Assembly: GCA_011605725.1 (NCBI GenBank)
Contig: JAAOZP010000012.1
Span: forward strand, 64,001 to 128,000
Direction: 5' to 3'
Length of the DNA stretch: 64,000 nucleotides
DNA from: Nitrososphaerota archaeon
GTDB lineage: Archaea; Thermoproteota; EX4484-205; JAAOZP01
Under the pieces are notes generated by a model, which saw nothing but the letters and a program-made list of their open reading frames with translations, was not told the origin of the DNA and ran no database searches. A program made the position numbers and the translations under genes. Of the stretch, positions 38,953 through 48,161 are shown piece by piece; within the stretch, counting starts at the first letter, position 1, and each line of letters begins with the position of its first letter.

Positions 38953-40233
38953 TTACGCACCTCGCCTCAATTTCCTCGTTATGCTTGCCAATTCTTCTGG
39001 GCCAAGCTCCTCGTGAGAACCCGACACTCTGGGAGGCTTCTCGCTGAGACTTATGAGCCCTGCCCTCGGTATTCCTTGGGAATGAATTAGTTCTATAGAT
39101 CTCCTAGCTTCACTCTCGCTGATCTCCCCTATCTTAACTTCATACCCTATCATCGGGGCCCTGCCCTTCGAATCCAAGATGACTATATCCACATCCCCCT
39201 TCCCCCCAGGCAGAATCATGTAGCTCCTCACCCCTCCTAGATACTCGGCAAGCATCTCCCCCAGGCTAAACTGTAGCTCCCTACCCAACACGCTTAGAAT
39301 AATGCCTTCATCTATTTTTACGCGCGGCGATTCGCTGATGTTCAGCTTCTGGTCAAGATAATAGACTAGCGAGAGCAGGGGAGACCTGTGCTTGAAATAG
39401 TTCCTCGAACCCCTGGTTTTCCATAGCGGGATTTTCTCTAGAATCCCCATGCAGGTAAGCCTTTCAAGCAAACCGGTTACTGTTGGAAGGCCGCCAGATA
39501 TCAGGTTGTTCGCGGTTAAAACCCCTGAGATCTCCGCTGGCATCCATATGCCTCCTCCCACTATCCTGATGACCGCGTCGTAAACCCTTGTTAACATCCT
39601 CTCCTCCTCCTCAAAAACCTCTCCGACAAGCCCAGGTGCTGACGCAACGAAGTATTGAATCTTATTGCGGATTTCTGAAAAAACATCCTTTTCGAATGAG
39701 ACCATAGGGATCACCCATGGGTCTCGGACAATCAGCCCCCATAGTAAGGCGTTCCTGAGGGAAGAACATATCTTACTGAGAGAGAGAACAGCGTCAGAGT
39801 AGCTTATCAAGTCCACCTTGAATGGCGAGAACAAGCCTAGGAGAGGACTCTTTCTCTCGAAAACCCTTCTCACGATGCTGAGGCTCGAACCGCTTGCAAC
39901 CAGCCTTCCGTTCGGATGGTTCGCGGCAATCGAGTCCCAATACTTATCTGGCAACCTTTGAAACTCATCCAATAGGACAACCCTTCCATCCCTCAAGAGG
40001 TTTCCGATACGTCTAACCGCCTCCTCAGGATTAACATGTGAAAAACCGTTTTCATCCCAAGCGGCAACGCTGCCAGACCTGGTCACCATAAAGTAGTTAG
40101 ACTGGGTGAAAACCCTTTTTAGCAGGAAGGTCTTCCCGGTTTTCCGCCTCCCGTAAACCAGTATCCATCCTCTTAGACCTCTTAATTCGTCTTCCTCTCT
40201 CCTGCTTACTACGATATGAGGAATATTCTCCAT
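38953..40233 (-). CDS. Archaeal P-loop ATPase with wHTH and C-terminal PD-(D/E)XK (DUF234-like) domain
   Basis: VYGRRKTGKT, LLDEFQ, SGS, DVDIV..GYEVK. Confidence 0.85.
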   Translation of the reverse strand: MENIPHIVVSRREEDELRGLRGWILVYGRRKTGKTFLLKRVFTQSNYFMVTRSGSVAAWDENGFSHVNPEEAVRRIGNLLRDGRVVLLDEFQRLPDKYWDSIAANHPNGRLVASGSSLSIVRRVFERKSPLLGLFSPFKVDLISYSDAVLSLSKICSSLRNALLWGLIVRDPWVIPMVSFEKDVFSEIRNKIQYFVASAPGLVGEVFEEEERMLTRVYDAVIRIVGGGIWMPAEISGVLTANNLISGGLPTVTGLLERLTCMGILEKIPLWKTRGSRNYFKHRSPLLSLVYYLDQKLNISESPRVKIDEGIILSVLGRELQFSLGEMLAEYLGGVRSYMILPGGKGDVDIVILDSKGRAPMIGYEVKIGEISESEARRSIELIHSQGIPRAGLISLSEKPPRVSGSHEELGPEELASITRKLRRGA

Positions 40234-40256
40234 AGAATATTCCCATTAGAATATTC
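40221..40256. promoter_or_regulatory. Three palindromic GAATATTC boxes at 14-bp period spanning the ATPase start codon and abutting its TATA box
   Basis: Copies at 40221, 40235 and 40249; TTTATAAG on the minus strand at about 40256-40263. Confidence 0.65.
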
Positions 40257-40331
40257 TTATAAACTTTTAGCTTATCCTACACACCAGTTCAGATTTGCTT
40301 CTTAACTATCGAGTCTACTTGTTTATTCAAA

Positions 40332-41486
40332 CTATTGGAGCTTTGCACCACAATTGAGGCAGAACTTTGAACCCTCAGGCACCGTGGACCCGCATTTCGG
40401 ACAGTTAACACTCTGAGGCTGCAACTGAGCCCCACAGTTCATGCAGAACTTTGCGCCAGCAGGGTTCTGCGTTCCGCATTTCGGACAATTCACCGTGGCC
40501 TGCATGGGTGCACCGCAGCTCATACAGAATTTAGCTGTGCTCGGGTTCTGCGCCCCGCATTTAGGGCACGCTACTGTTCCTGCTGGAGGCGCGGCAGGTG
40601 GCTGCGCCGGCGGCGGAGGTGCTTGGATGGCTGCGCCGCAGGACGGGCAGAACTTGCTTGTAGAGGGTACTTGAGCTTTGCAGCTTGGACATATGACCAT
40701 TGGTGCTGCGGCAGCCTGCTGCATTAGCTGGGGCACCAGAACTATTCCTGTTCCAGCCGCCGCCCCGGGCGACTTGCTTAGGGACTCGGCGACGCTCTTA
40801 GTCGTGTCCATCGCCATGACTTGTGTCGCAGCGCCGCCGGTCTGCTTTATCCAGAACAGCCTATCCCTGTACTCCGGCGTGGTGTCGACGCCCTCAAACT
40901 TTAGGTCTATGACGTCTACGCCGACGCGCTTAAACTCCTCGTCTATCGTTGCCTTAACCTTGAACGAAACCTCCTCAAGCTTTGTGAAGACCGTCACAAG
41001 GTCGTATTTCGAGAGCTGCGTTATCAGCCTCTCGTTCATGAAGCCCCGTAGAAAGCTGTTTACGGATTCGGTGGTGTAGGCGCTCTGCCCTCCCACGACC
41101 TCCATTACGAACGTCTTTGGGTCTCCAACTTTAAACCAGAATGCCCCGTAGAACTTCAGGGGTGCGAGCTCAACCGTCTGCCCGCTGGCTCCGAACAATC
41201 CTTTAAACTGCTTCGTGGAGACGAATATGACTGTGGCTTTGAAAGGCGTGGTTTCGAAGCCAGCCACCCTTGTTAAGACGCCTGTGAGCAGCGGAAGGTT
41301 CATCGTTGTTAAAGTATGTCTGCCAGGCCCGAAGACATCGTAGGCTTTGCCGTCCCTGAAGAATATTGCAGCCTCATACTCGTGGACGATCAGCTGAGCA
41401 CCCCAGGTTATCTCCTCCTTAGGGTATCTCCAGACGATGTCTTCAGCCGAGGCCCCTACCCACTCTATTATCTGAGGCATCTTCAA
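40332..41486 (-). CDS. SPFH (band 7, YdjI-like) protein with four C-terminal zinc-ribbon units
   Basis: IVWRYP...I..GAQLIV.E...AIFFRDGK..DVFGPGRHTL.T.NLP; Pro/Ala linker; four C-P-x-C-x10-C-x-x-C units. Confidence 0.85.
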   Translation of the reverse strand: MKMPQIIEWVGASAEDIVWRYPKEEITWGAQLIVHEYEAAIFFRDGKAYDVFGPGRHTLTTMNLPLLTGVLTRVAGFETTPFKATVIFVSTKQFKGLFGASGQTVELAPLKFYGAFWFKVGDPKTFVMEVVGGQSAYTTESVNSFLRGFMNERLITQLSKYDLVTVFTKLEEVSFKVKATIDEEFKRVGVDVIDLKFEGVDTTPEYRDRLFWIKQTGGAATQVMAMDTTKSVAESLSKSPGAAAGTGIVLVPQLMQQAAAAPMVICPSCKAQVPSTSKFCPSCGAAIQAPPPPAQPPAAPPAGTVACPKCGAQNPSTAKFCMSCGAPMQATVNCPKCGTQNPAGAKFCMNCGAQLQPQSVNCPKCGSTVPEGSKFCLNCGAKLQ

Positions 41487-42019
41487 ACACCTCCCTTAAT
41501 GGAGACTATCTCCTCCTCCCTGGAGGCTAAGGCTGATTCAAGCTCTCTAGCCTTGGCTTCAAGCTGCTTCAAGAGACCGGGGAGAACATCCAGGCTTCCG
41601 GCGCTTGCAGCATTTTCAGCCTCCTCAGCTGTTCTAGAGACCTCTTCACAAGCTCCTAGAAGCCTATAGTCGTGCTCCATCAGCCTGTCGAGCTCAGCCT
41701 CACGAACTTTAACAAGGTCGAAGAAGCCCGCGTAACCGTAGTCAGCATGCTCAATCTTGTTTATAACCCTGTCTAGGACCGCGGAAACCCTGTTCAGATT
41801 CTTAAACAATTCGACCGCGTTTGAGTCGGCAGCCTCTCTTGAAACTGTTTTCAAACGGAACCTGGCTGCCTCAAGCTTTTTAACCATGAAATCTCTTAGA
41901 AGCTTATCTGCTTCCCTCCTAACCTCCTTCTGCTTGTATCCCCTGTAGCCCGGGATGTAGGAAGCTATCTTCTCAGCCAGCCCTCTTTTCTCCTCATACT
42001 CCTTTATGAATTCGCTCAT
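41483..42019 (-). CDS. Conserved hypothetical helical/coiled-coil protein, first gene of the SPFH operon
   Basis: EKIASYIPGYRGY..KE.RREADKLLR, HADYGYAGFFD; 4-nt overlap with the SPFH gene. Confidence 0.65.
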   Translation of the reverse strand: MSEFIKEYEEKRGLAEKIASYIPGYRGYKQKEVRREADKLLRDFMVKKLEAARFRLKTVSREAADSNAVELFKNLNRVSAVLDRVINKIEHADYGYAGFFDLVKVREAELDRLMEHDYRLLGACEEVSRTAEEAENAASAGSLDVLPGLLKQLEAKARELESALASREEEIVSIKGGV

Positions 42020-42084
42020 GAAAAGACATGATTCATAACTAGCTTAAAAACATTACTTATAGAAGAATTTAAAAACACGTTTTC

Positions 42085-43092
42085 TTAAAGGGGGAGTGTA
42101 ACAGGCCTCCCCTGTCTGATTGACCTGTGTATCGCCAGCGCAACCTCTACAGCAGCCCTCGCATCCTCAGCTGAAACCAGTGGCTTCTCCACCCCCTTCA
42201 CGCAGTTTATGAAATGGCTAATCTCGTCCCTGAGATACCCTTTGACCTGCCCTTGAACAACTGGATTATAGTAGGACAGGGTTTCCTGCCCCTTCTCCCC
42301 CCAGAACAGGAAGCTGTCACTAGGCTGGCTTATCCAGATGCTGCCCCTTGTCCCAACGAGTTCAAGCTTGAAGTCGAAAGACATTGTGGAAGGCAGTATC
42401 CAAATGTTTTCAAGAGCCCCTATCGTGCCGCCTTTAAATCTGAAGACGGACCAGACTGCATCCTTCACACCATATGGCTTGAGAACCCTGCTTCCAGCCT
42501 CAGCGTAAACCCGGGTGATATTTCTCCCGATAATCCACCTCATCACATCAATATCGTGTACTCCGAGGAATAAGAGCAGAGAGGTTTCCTTAAGCCAGGC
42601 TTTCAACCGCATGGGGGAGTTTATCGAGTTGTTTCTCCTAGCCCATATTGAGACAGGTTCGCCTAGCAGCCCCCTATCCATGTATTCCTTAGCCTTCGCA
42701 TAATTGTAGTCGAACCTCACTATGTGGCCGACGAGGAAAGTTATCCCTGCTTTTTTAACAGCCTTCACAATAGCGTCCGCATCTCTCAGAGTTGTCGCGA
42801 TGGGCTTCTCCAGAAGCACTGCTTTCCCAGCCTCCGCCGCAGCAATCGTAGGCTCCCGGTGGAGATGATCCGGGACAACGATGCTAACAGCATCAATATC
42901 CGGCCTCGCTAAAAGATCGTTGTAATCCGTATACCATTTCTCCGCCCCATATTCTCTCGCAGCCTCCCTAGCTTTTTCCTCAAGAACGTCCGCGGTTGCA
43001 ACAAGCTTAACCCCCGGGAGCTCCGAGTAGACGCGAGCATGGCACTTCCCCATAACGCCGCAGCCTATTACTCCCACCCTAATCAGACTCAT
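42085..43092 (-). CDS. Gfo/Idh/MocA oxidoreductase
   Basis: GVIGCG.MG..H, LLEKPIA, GH..RF, GVHDID. Confidence 0.9.
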   Translation of the reverse strand: MSLIRVGVIGCGVMGKCHARVYSELPGVKLVATADVLEEKAREAAREYGAEKWYTDYNDLLARPDIDAVSIVVPDHLHREPTIAAAEAGKAVLLEKPIATTLRDADAIVKAVKKAGITFLVGHIVRFDYNYAKAKEYMDRGLLGEPVSIWARRNNSINSPMRLKAWLKETSLLLFLGVHDIDVMRWIIGRNITRVYAEAGSRVLKPYGVKDAVWSVFRFKGGTIGALENIWILPSTMSFDFKLELVGTRGSIWISQPSDSFLFWGEKGQETLSYYNPVVQGQVKGYLRDEISHFINCVKGVEKPLVSAEDARAAVEVALAIHRSIRQGRPVTLPL

Positions 43093-43103
43093 CTCTCTTC
43101 AAT

Positions 43104-44114
43104 TTAAAGCATCTTAACCGTCTCTAAAGGCTTTACTCTCAAAACCTCAGGATTGAGAAGGCTTGGAGGAGCCTCCCCGCGGAGAATGCTTATAATGTTT
43201 TCAGCAGCTTTCTCAGCAAGCCGTCTCCTGGCTTCGAAAGTTGCGCTCGCTATGTGCGGGGTGAGGACAACGTTATCCATGTTTATCAAAGGATTATCAG
43301 GGTCAATAGGCTCCTTCTCGAAAACGTCGAGCGCTGCTCCAGCTATCCATCCTTCTTTTAAAGCCCTCACCAGAGCCTTCTCATCTATCACAGCCCCTCT
43401 GGAGACGTTTATCAAGTAGGAGGTGGGCTTCATGCTTCTAAGCTCCTGCTCACCAATCATCTTAACGGTTTCAGGAGTTAAAGATGTTGAGAGTACGATG
43501 AAGTCAGACTCTCTGAGAAGATCTTTAAGGGGCCTGTAGGATACGTCTAGCTTAGCTTCAACATCCGGCTTCCTTGTCCTGCTGAAGTATATAACCCTCA
43601 TGCCTAGACACCTGGCTCTGCTCGCCACAGCTTTCCCAATGGCTCCAAGCCCAACAATGCCGAGCGTCCTACCGTTAATATCGGGGCCAAGCATGAACAT
43701 TGGGGACCAGGCTATCCTCCAAGAGCCCTTCCTGAGAAACCTGTCCGCCTCCACAATCCTCCTGGCGACTGAGAAGAGGAGTGCTAGTGCAAACTCTGCA
43801 ACAGCATCCGTTAAAACACTCGGCACATTAGTAACGTAGACTCCTCGCACAGTAGCCTCTTTCAAATCTATATGGTCGTAGCCGGCGCTCATTGTGCTTA
43901 TAACCCTGAGTTTCTCAGCCTTCTCAAGAACCTCCCTATCTATCGTGTCGCTTAGAAGTATGAGCGCAGCATCCTTGTCCTCGAGGCTCTTAACCAGAAC
44001 GCTTTTAGGAGGCGGGTAGTCGGAATCGTGAAGCTCGACGTCGCAGTGTCTCCTGAGAAGCCTTAGAGCAGACTCCTGTATCCTTCTCGAAACATAGACT
44101 CTAGGCCTAACCAT
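43104..44114 (-). CDS. gyaR: Glyoxylate reductase-like D-2-hydroxyacid dehydrogenase
   Basis: AGYDHID, GIVGLGAIG, INVSRG, LDVFEKEP, LTPHIAS. Start taken at MVRPRV. Confidence 0.82.
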   Translation of the reverse strand: MVRPRVYVSRRIQESALRLLRRHCDVELHDSDYPPPKSVLVKSLEDKDAALILLSDTIDREVLEKAEKLRVISTMSAGYDHIDLKEATVRGVYVTNVPSVLTDAVAEFALALLFSVARRIVEADRFLRKGSWRIAWSPMFMLGPDINGRTLGIVGLGAIGKAVASRARCLGMRVIYFSRTRKPDVEAKLDVSYRPLKDLLRESDFIVLSTSLTPETVKMIGEQELRSMKPTSYLINVSRGAVIDEKALVRALKEGWIAGAALDVFEKEPIDPDNPLINMDNVVLTPHIASATFEARRRLAEKAAENIISILRGEAPPSLLNPEVLRVKPLETVKML

Positions 44115-44164
44115 GCCACGGATTAACCTCGGGGTTTTATAAGTATTGGTGTACAAGCCTGAGC

Positions 44165-45193
44165 TTATGAATGTTTTAAAACCATTATGCTAGGACTAGC
44201 ATCGCCATGTTGAACAGTTCTCTCGTGCTCAAGGCTCAACCCTATTTTTGAAGAGATTTCCCTCACGTAGCTTGGCTTAATGGTTATGAGCACGATCCGG
44301 CCGTTCTCGTTTAGAACCTTCCTCATCTCAGGCAGGCACCTGCTGTAGAAAACATACGGATTGATTCTTGCTATCGGCTTAGTGCCATATGGAGGATCCG
44401 TAACTATCCTATCTACTTTAAACCTTAAAGCTTTAGAAAGCCTTCTGCAATCAACCCTCTGAAACACTATTTTTTCTGAAGCACCCATGGCTTCAGCGTT
44501 AATAGCAGCACCCTCCAGAAAGTATTCTGAAACGTCGAACCCGTAGATCTTAACACCATCCGTCGAGAGGGCAGCCTCAATAGGTATGATTCCGCCCCCG
44601 CACATCGGGTCGAGAAGAGTCATCCCAGGCTTAAGGTTGGCGATCCTAATCATTCCATAAGCAATTGAAGGCCTGAGGGCAGCCGGATGAGTGAAAACCA
44701 AGTATCTGCCAGAAGCATACTCTCTTCTAGAAAGCCCGACGAAACACGTGTCTCCAACAATATCGAGGAAAACGTTAGCCTGAAAATTCTCCAAGTCCAC
44801 TTTTAAACCATACTTGTCCACCAGTGCTTGACCCGCCTTCCTTTGAACATCCATGCTTGTAAACTCGTGTTCCCCACGTCTCTTGCAGGTCACCCTGAAG
44901 GAGGAGGCTTCACGAAACCAGTTGTTGAACTCCATCCCTATGATCCCGCTGTAAACATCATCTAAGCCCCTTAAACCAGTATCCAAGTTGAAAGCCCCAA
45001 CATATTCTATGAACCAGTCTACGCTTCTGAGCGACAACAGCCTCGGAGAATCGGATTCAGGAATATCTATGACGATCCTTCCCGGAACACCCTGAGGATT
45101 CTCTTCGATGATGCTTTTAACACTGATTTTCTCCTCCAGCTCAGCCTCTACAATATCCTCGAGACCGCATGGGAAGACTAGTAGAAATCTCAC
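44165..45193 (-). CDS. THUMP-domain tRNA guanine-N2 methyltransferase (Trm14-like)
   Basis: SFRVTC.R.G.H.FTS.D, HPAALRP, DPMCGGG, TDPPYG. Confidence 0.82.
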   Translation of the reverse strand: MRFLLVFPCGLEDIVEAELEEKISVKSIIEENPQGVPGRIVIDIPESDSPRLLSLRSVDWFIEYVGAFNLDTGLRGLDDVYSGIIGMEFNNWFREASSFRVTCKRRGEHEFTSMDVQRKAGQALVDKYGLKVDLENFQANVFLDIVGDTCFVGLSRREYASGRYLVFTHPAALRPSIAYGMIRIANLKPGMTLLDPMCGGGIIPIEAALSTDGVKIYGFDVSEYFLEGAAINAEAMGASEKIVFQRVDCRRLSKALRFKVDRIVTDPPYGTKPIARINPYVFYSRCLPEMRKVLNENGRIVLITIKPSYVREISSKIGLSLEHERTVQHGDASPSIMVLKHS

Positions 45194-45211
45194 GGCAAAG
45201 CTGTAAGCATG

Positions 45212-47050
45212 CTAGCCTATAAGATTTATCTTCTTCAGAAGCTCCAGGGAGACTTCTCGCGTTAGGCTTTCCGGCCTGGAGAGGCTTCTGAAGGCTTGTG
45301 AAACATAGAGTAGCGTTGAAACGTCTTCATCGTTTAAAACACGTATCTTAACGTTTCCAAGTGACTCCAGGGCTTTCTGGAGCTCCGGGCTGACTGGGCT
45401 TGTAGTCAGCATCACAATCCTGTCGAGCTTCCTGCTTCTCGCGAAATCTATAAGCGGCTCAATACTGCTTCTTTTAAGCCCTTCAGAAGGCTTTGGCGCT
45501 TTAATCATCACTCCAACCTGGACACCTCCGCTTGACGTATCTGTGAAAAGAAGGTCTATCTCCCTCTTCCTGGTTAAGGATACGCTTATCCTCTTCCTGC
45601 CTATGAGGCTCTGTTTACCGAGAGCTGTTTCAATAAGGCTTGAAACAGCTTTTTCCAGCAGGATCGCCCTCTCAGAGGATTTTTCAATATTGTAGAACCT
45701 TGTGATTATCTGACTTTTAACATCGCTGTCAGGTGTAACTGGAGTCACGGCCCTGGCGGCGGGCAGACCCATTTTCATAACGGCCTCCATAGCTATCACG
45801 GTGTCAACGTAGTCTGGCTGAGTAATGCCCCTTTCAAGTCTTTCAGCAAGTATCTCGATGCATGCGAAACACTCCGACAGCAGCCTCCTGATCTCCCCAC
45901 CCGAGTTCGCCCAGAGGAGTTTAACACTATTCATTGGAAACAGGTTTGAATATGCTCCCTCATCCTTACCAAGGTAGAGGGCCTTCACATACCTGTCGAT
46001 TATATCCTTGGCTTCTTCCACACTTATCTTCTCAAGGCTTATCGGGGTTGAGGAGACCCTGCTTACAATGGCCGGAGCCACTCTGAACCTCTGTCCCTTC
46101 AGCTCTTCAAACATAACTGGCGTTAGAAGCAGGAGTATGAATAATCCACCAGGACCATTATCCACAATCCTCTTCAAAGTATGGAAGAAAACGTCAATAT
46201 TATCATGCACAAGCGTCTCAACCTCGTCCACAACGATTACGAAAGGAGCGTTGCTGACAAGCTTCGACAGATTCACCAGCGTCGTCAAGAATTTTAAAGC
46301 ATTCTCGTCTGACTCCTTCAAGTAATCGCTCGAATGCTTAGCACCCCAGCTCCCATAGTATGGACTCGGAAGCCACAGTATCCATTTCGCAAGGTTAGGA
46401 TCGATGAACCTCCTTGTTTTCGAAGGCTCAAATCTCGTTTCAAAAATTTTCCCAAGTTCTTCAAGCTCAAGCCTTACGAGCCCAGTTATTTCAAGCATTC
46501 CTTCCTCGACAAGTTTCCTTACAGCCCTGAAATCGTTTGAAACCATGTTGAAAGCCTCCCTAGCCTTCTCAGCCTTTTTACCCAGCACCGTTGGAATCAG
46601 ACCGACGCTAACAGTTCTCTGAAAAAGCTCGTAACCCATTCTGGAAATCAACACTTGATGGAGCCTCAGGGAAAGCTCCATTAGAAATTCTTCGCTGCCG
46701 AGTGTCTCCACGACTTTTGATGCGAAGAAGATTAAGGACGGTTTGTAAACAGAGTCTTGAATAGTCGGCATGTAGGAGAAAGGCTGACCCGGTTTCTCCT
46801 GGCTCAGAAGATATTGCAGGTGGAGGGCGAGGTGCGTCTTCCCGCTTCCAGCATCCCCTATAAGCATATCGATCTTTGGCTCTTCAAGCTTGAAAGAATA
46901 GTCGATCTCCTCCCTGATTCTTTTCAACGCCCTTATCCTGGACTCGCCGCCAAGTATCCAGATTCTACTTGGAACAGGAGTCAGTGGAAAAGGGTTGGCT
47001 TCAAGCATAAGACGGGAATACTTATTTGACGATTGCATAATGGTAGACAC
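45212..47050 (-). CDS. AAA+ ATPase with C-terminal restriction-endonuclease-like domain
   Basis: NPF N-terminus, Walker A GDAGSGKTH, Walker B IVVDEVE, AIVSRV (Arg finger-like), SGGEIRRLL (sensor 2-like), C-terminal REIDLL..GVMIK. Confidence 0.7.
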   Translation of the reverse strand: MSTIMQSSNKYSRLMLEANPFPLTPVPSRIWILGGESRIRALKRIREEIDYSFKLEEPKIDMLIGDAGSGKTHLALHLQYLLSQEKPGQPFSYMPTIQDSVYKPSLIFFASKVVETLGSEEFLMELSLRLHQVLISRMGYELFQRTVSVGLIPTVLGKKAEKAREAFNMVSNDFRAVRKLVEEGMLEITGLVRLELEELGKIFETRFEPSKTRRFIDPNLAKWILWLPSPYYGSWGAKHSSDYLKESDENALKFLTTLVNLSKLVSNAPFVIVVDEVETLVHDNIDVFFHTLKRIVDNGPGGLFILLLLTPVMFEELKGQRFRVAPAIVSRVSSTPISLEKISVEEAKDIIDRYVKALYLGKDEGAYSNLFPMNSVKLLWANSGGEIRRLLSECFACIEILAERLERGITQPDYVDTVIAMEAVMKMGLPAARAVTPVTPDSDVKSQIITRFYNIEKSSERAILLEKAVSSLIETALGKQSLIGRKRISVSLTRKREIDLLFTDTSSGGVQVGVMIKAPKPSEGLKRSSIEPLIDFARSRKLDRIVMLTTSPVSPELQKALESLGNVKIRVLNDEDVSTLLYVSQAFRSLSRPESLTREVSLELLKKINLIG

Positions 47051-47546
47051 CTCTAGCCGTCTTCAAACCACTATTCGATTCGCCACTACCTGCATGAAGT
47101 TGAACGACATACGGATCACTACTGTTCAACTCTATTATCCTCCTGTCGAATTCATCACCACTTATATTTAATTCTTCAGATACTTTAAGCCGGAGATCAG
47201 TTATTCTCACATAAGGTGCTATTGGACTAGACCTTACCAAGTCGTTATACTTCAGCCTTAAGGTTTCGAGGAAACTTTGAGGCGACAGTTGCTCAGCCTC
47301 TTTAAGCCTAGCGTATTTTAAGAAAGGAAGGTTCCAAATGCTCTTCATGCAATAGGCCCTGCCAGCCTCAGAAGTCCTATACTTTTTAACGGTCCTAGTC
47401 CTCCCCTCAACCGGTTCAAGATACCCTTTTTTAACTAGTTCTTTAAACTCTTTTTCAGTAAGCCTGCCAGCCTTCTTAACCATTTTCTCCGTGACCCCTT
47501 TAGGAGTGTCGGCGAATACAAGTGCAAGCAATTGAAACTCGTTCAG
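47022..47546 (-). CDS. Small double winged-helix-like protein, partner of the downstream ATPase
   Basis: ELVKKGYLE..YRTSEAG and VRITDLR..S.DEFD..I.EL..QLH. Overlaps the ATPase start. A CTG start at 47546 is inferred from the RBS; the ORF track gives TTG at 47531. Confidence 0.6.
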   Translation of the reverse strand: MNEFQLLALVFADTPKGVTEKMVKKAGRLTEKEFKELVKKGYLEPVEGRTRTVKKYRTSEAGRAYCMKSIWNLPFLKYARLKEAEQLSPQSFLETLRLKYNDLVRSSPIAPYVRITDLRLKVSEELNISGDEFDRRIIELNSSDPYVVQLHAGSGESNSGLKTARGVYHYAIVK

Positions 47547-47696
47547 CCGGTATCACCTTATTAAAATGGGCTAAAGTAGTTTTTAAAGCTTGCCTGTCGG
47601 CCACAGTAAGCCCCATCTCCAGGGTGTTCAGAGGTTTAGATAAAGTTAAATCCTAATAGGCGAGACGTTTCTACACAGGAAGGCAAACGGTTAGAG

Positions 47697-48161
47697 ATGA
47701 GGGTGAAAAGGAAGCGTAAAATGGTTTTTCCCAGAACCATGTTTGAATGCAAAGTGTGCGGGAAATGCTGCGTTGAGGATGTTAAGCGTGGTAGACGGAT
47801 AGTTCTAACCGAGATTGACGCCTTAGAAATATCTAGCGCTACCGGAATAGGTTTGAACGAGTTCGCGGAGAAAAACAGTAGTGAAGCCTATCCGTACGCT
47901 ATTAGGCTTGTCAACGGAAGATGCTTCTTCCTTAATCAGGACAACAAGTGCAGTATTTACCCGGTTAGACCTCTGGTGTGCAGGTTCTACCCTTTCGTAA
48001 TGCATAAGATTGGAGAGACATACGTGTTTCACGCTGACCCTTTCTGTCCAGGACTTGGGGAAGGCACTTATCTTGACGAAGAATATTTCGAAAGGCTTGT
48101 CGAGCTGGCTGAGAAGCGTTTAAAAAAGCCTACTGGGCTGTTCGAGGCGCGCCGCAGTTAG
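47697..48161 (+). CDS. YkgJ family Cys-cluster protein
   Basis: FECKVCGKCC, CFFL...CSIY..RP.VCR.YPF, CPGLG. Confidence 0.85.
   Translation: MRVKRKRKMVFPRTMFECKVCGKCCVEDVKRGRRIVLTEIDALEISSATGIGLNEFAEKNSSEAYPYAIRLVNGRCFFLNQDNKCSIYPVRPLVCRFYPFVMHKIGETYVFHADPFCPGLGEGTYLDEEYFERLVELAEKRLKKPTGLFEARRS

Noticed and set aside
40340-40690. DNA repeats such as CCGCATTTCGGACA x2 as a non-coding repeat or DGR target
   Set aside because: Explained by the four encoded zinc-ribbon units; no reverse transcriptase or adenine-specific variation.
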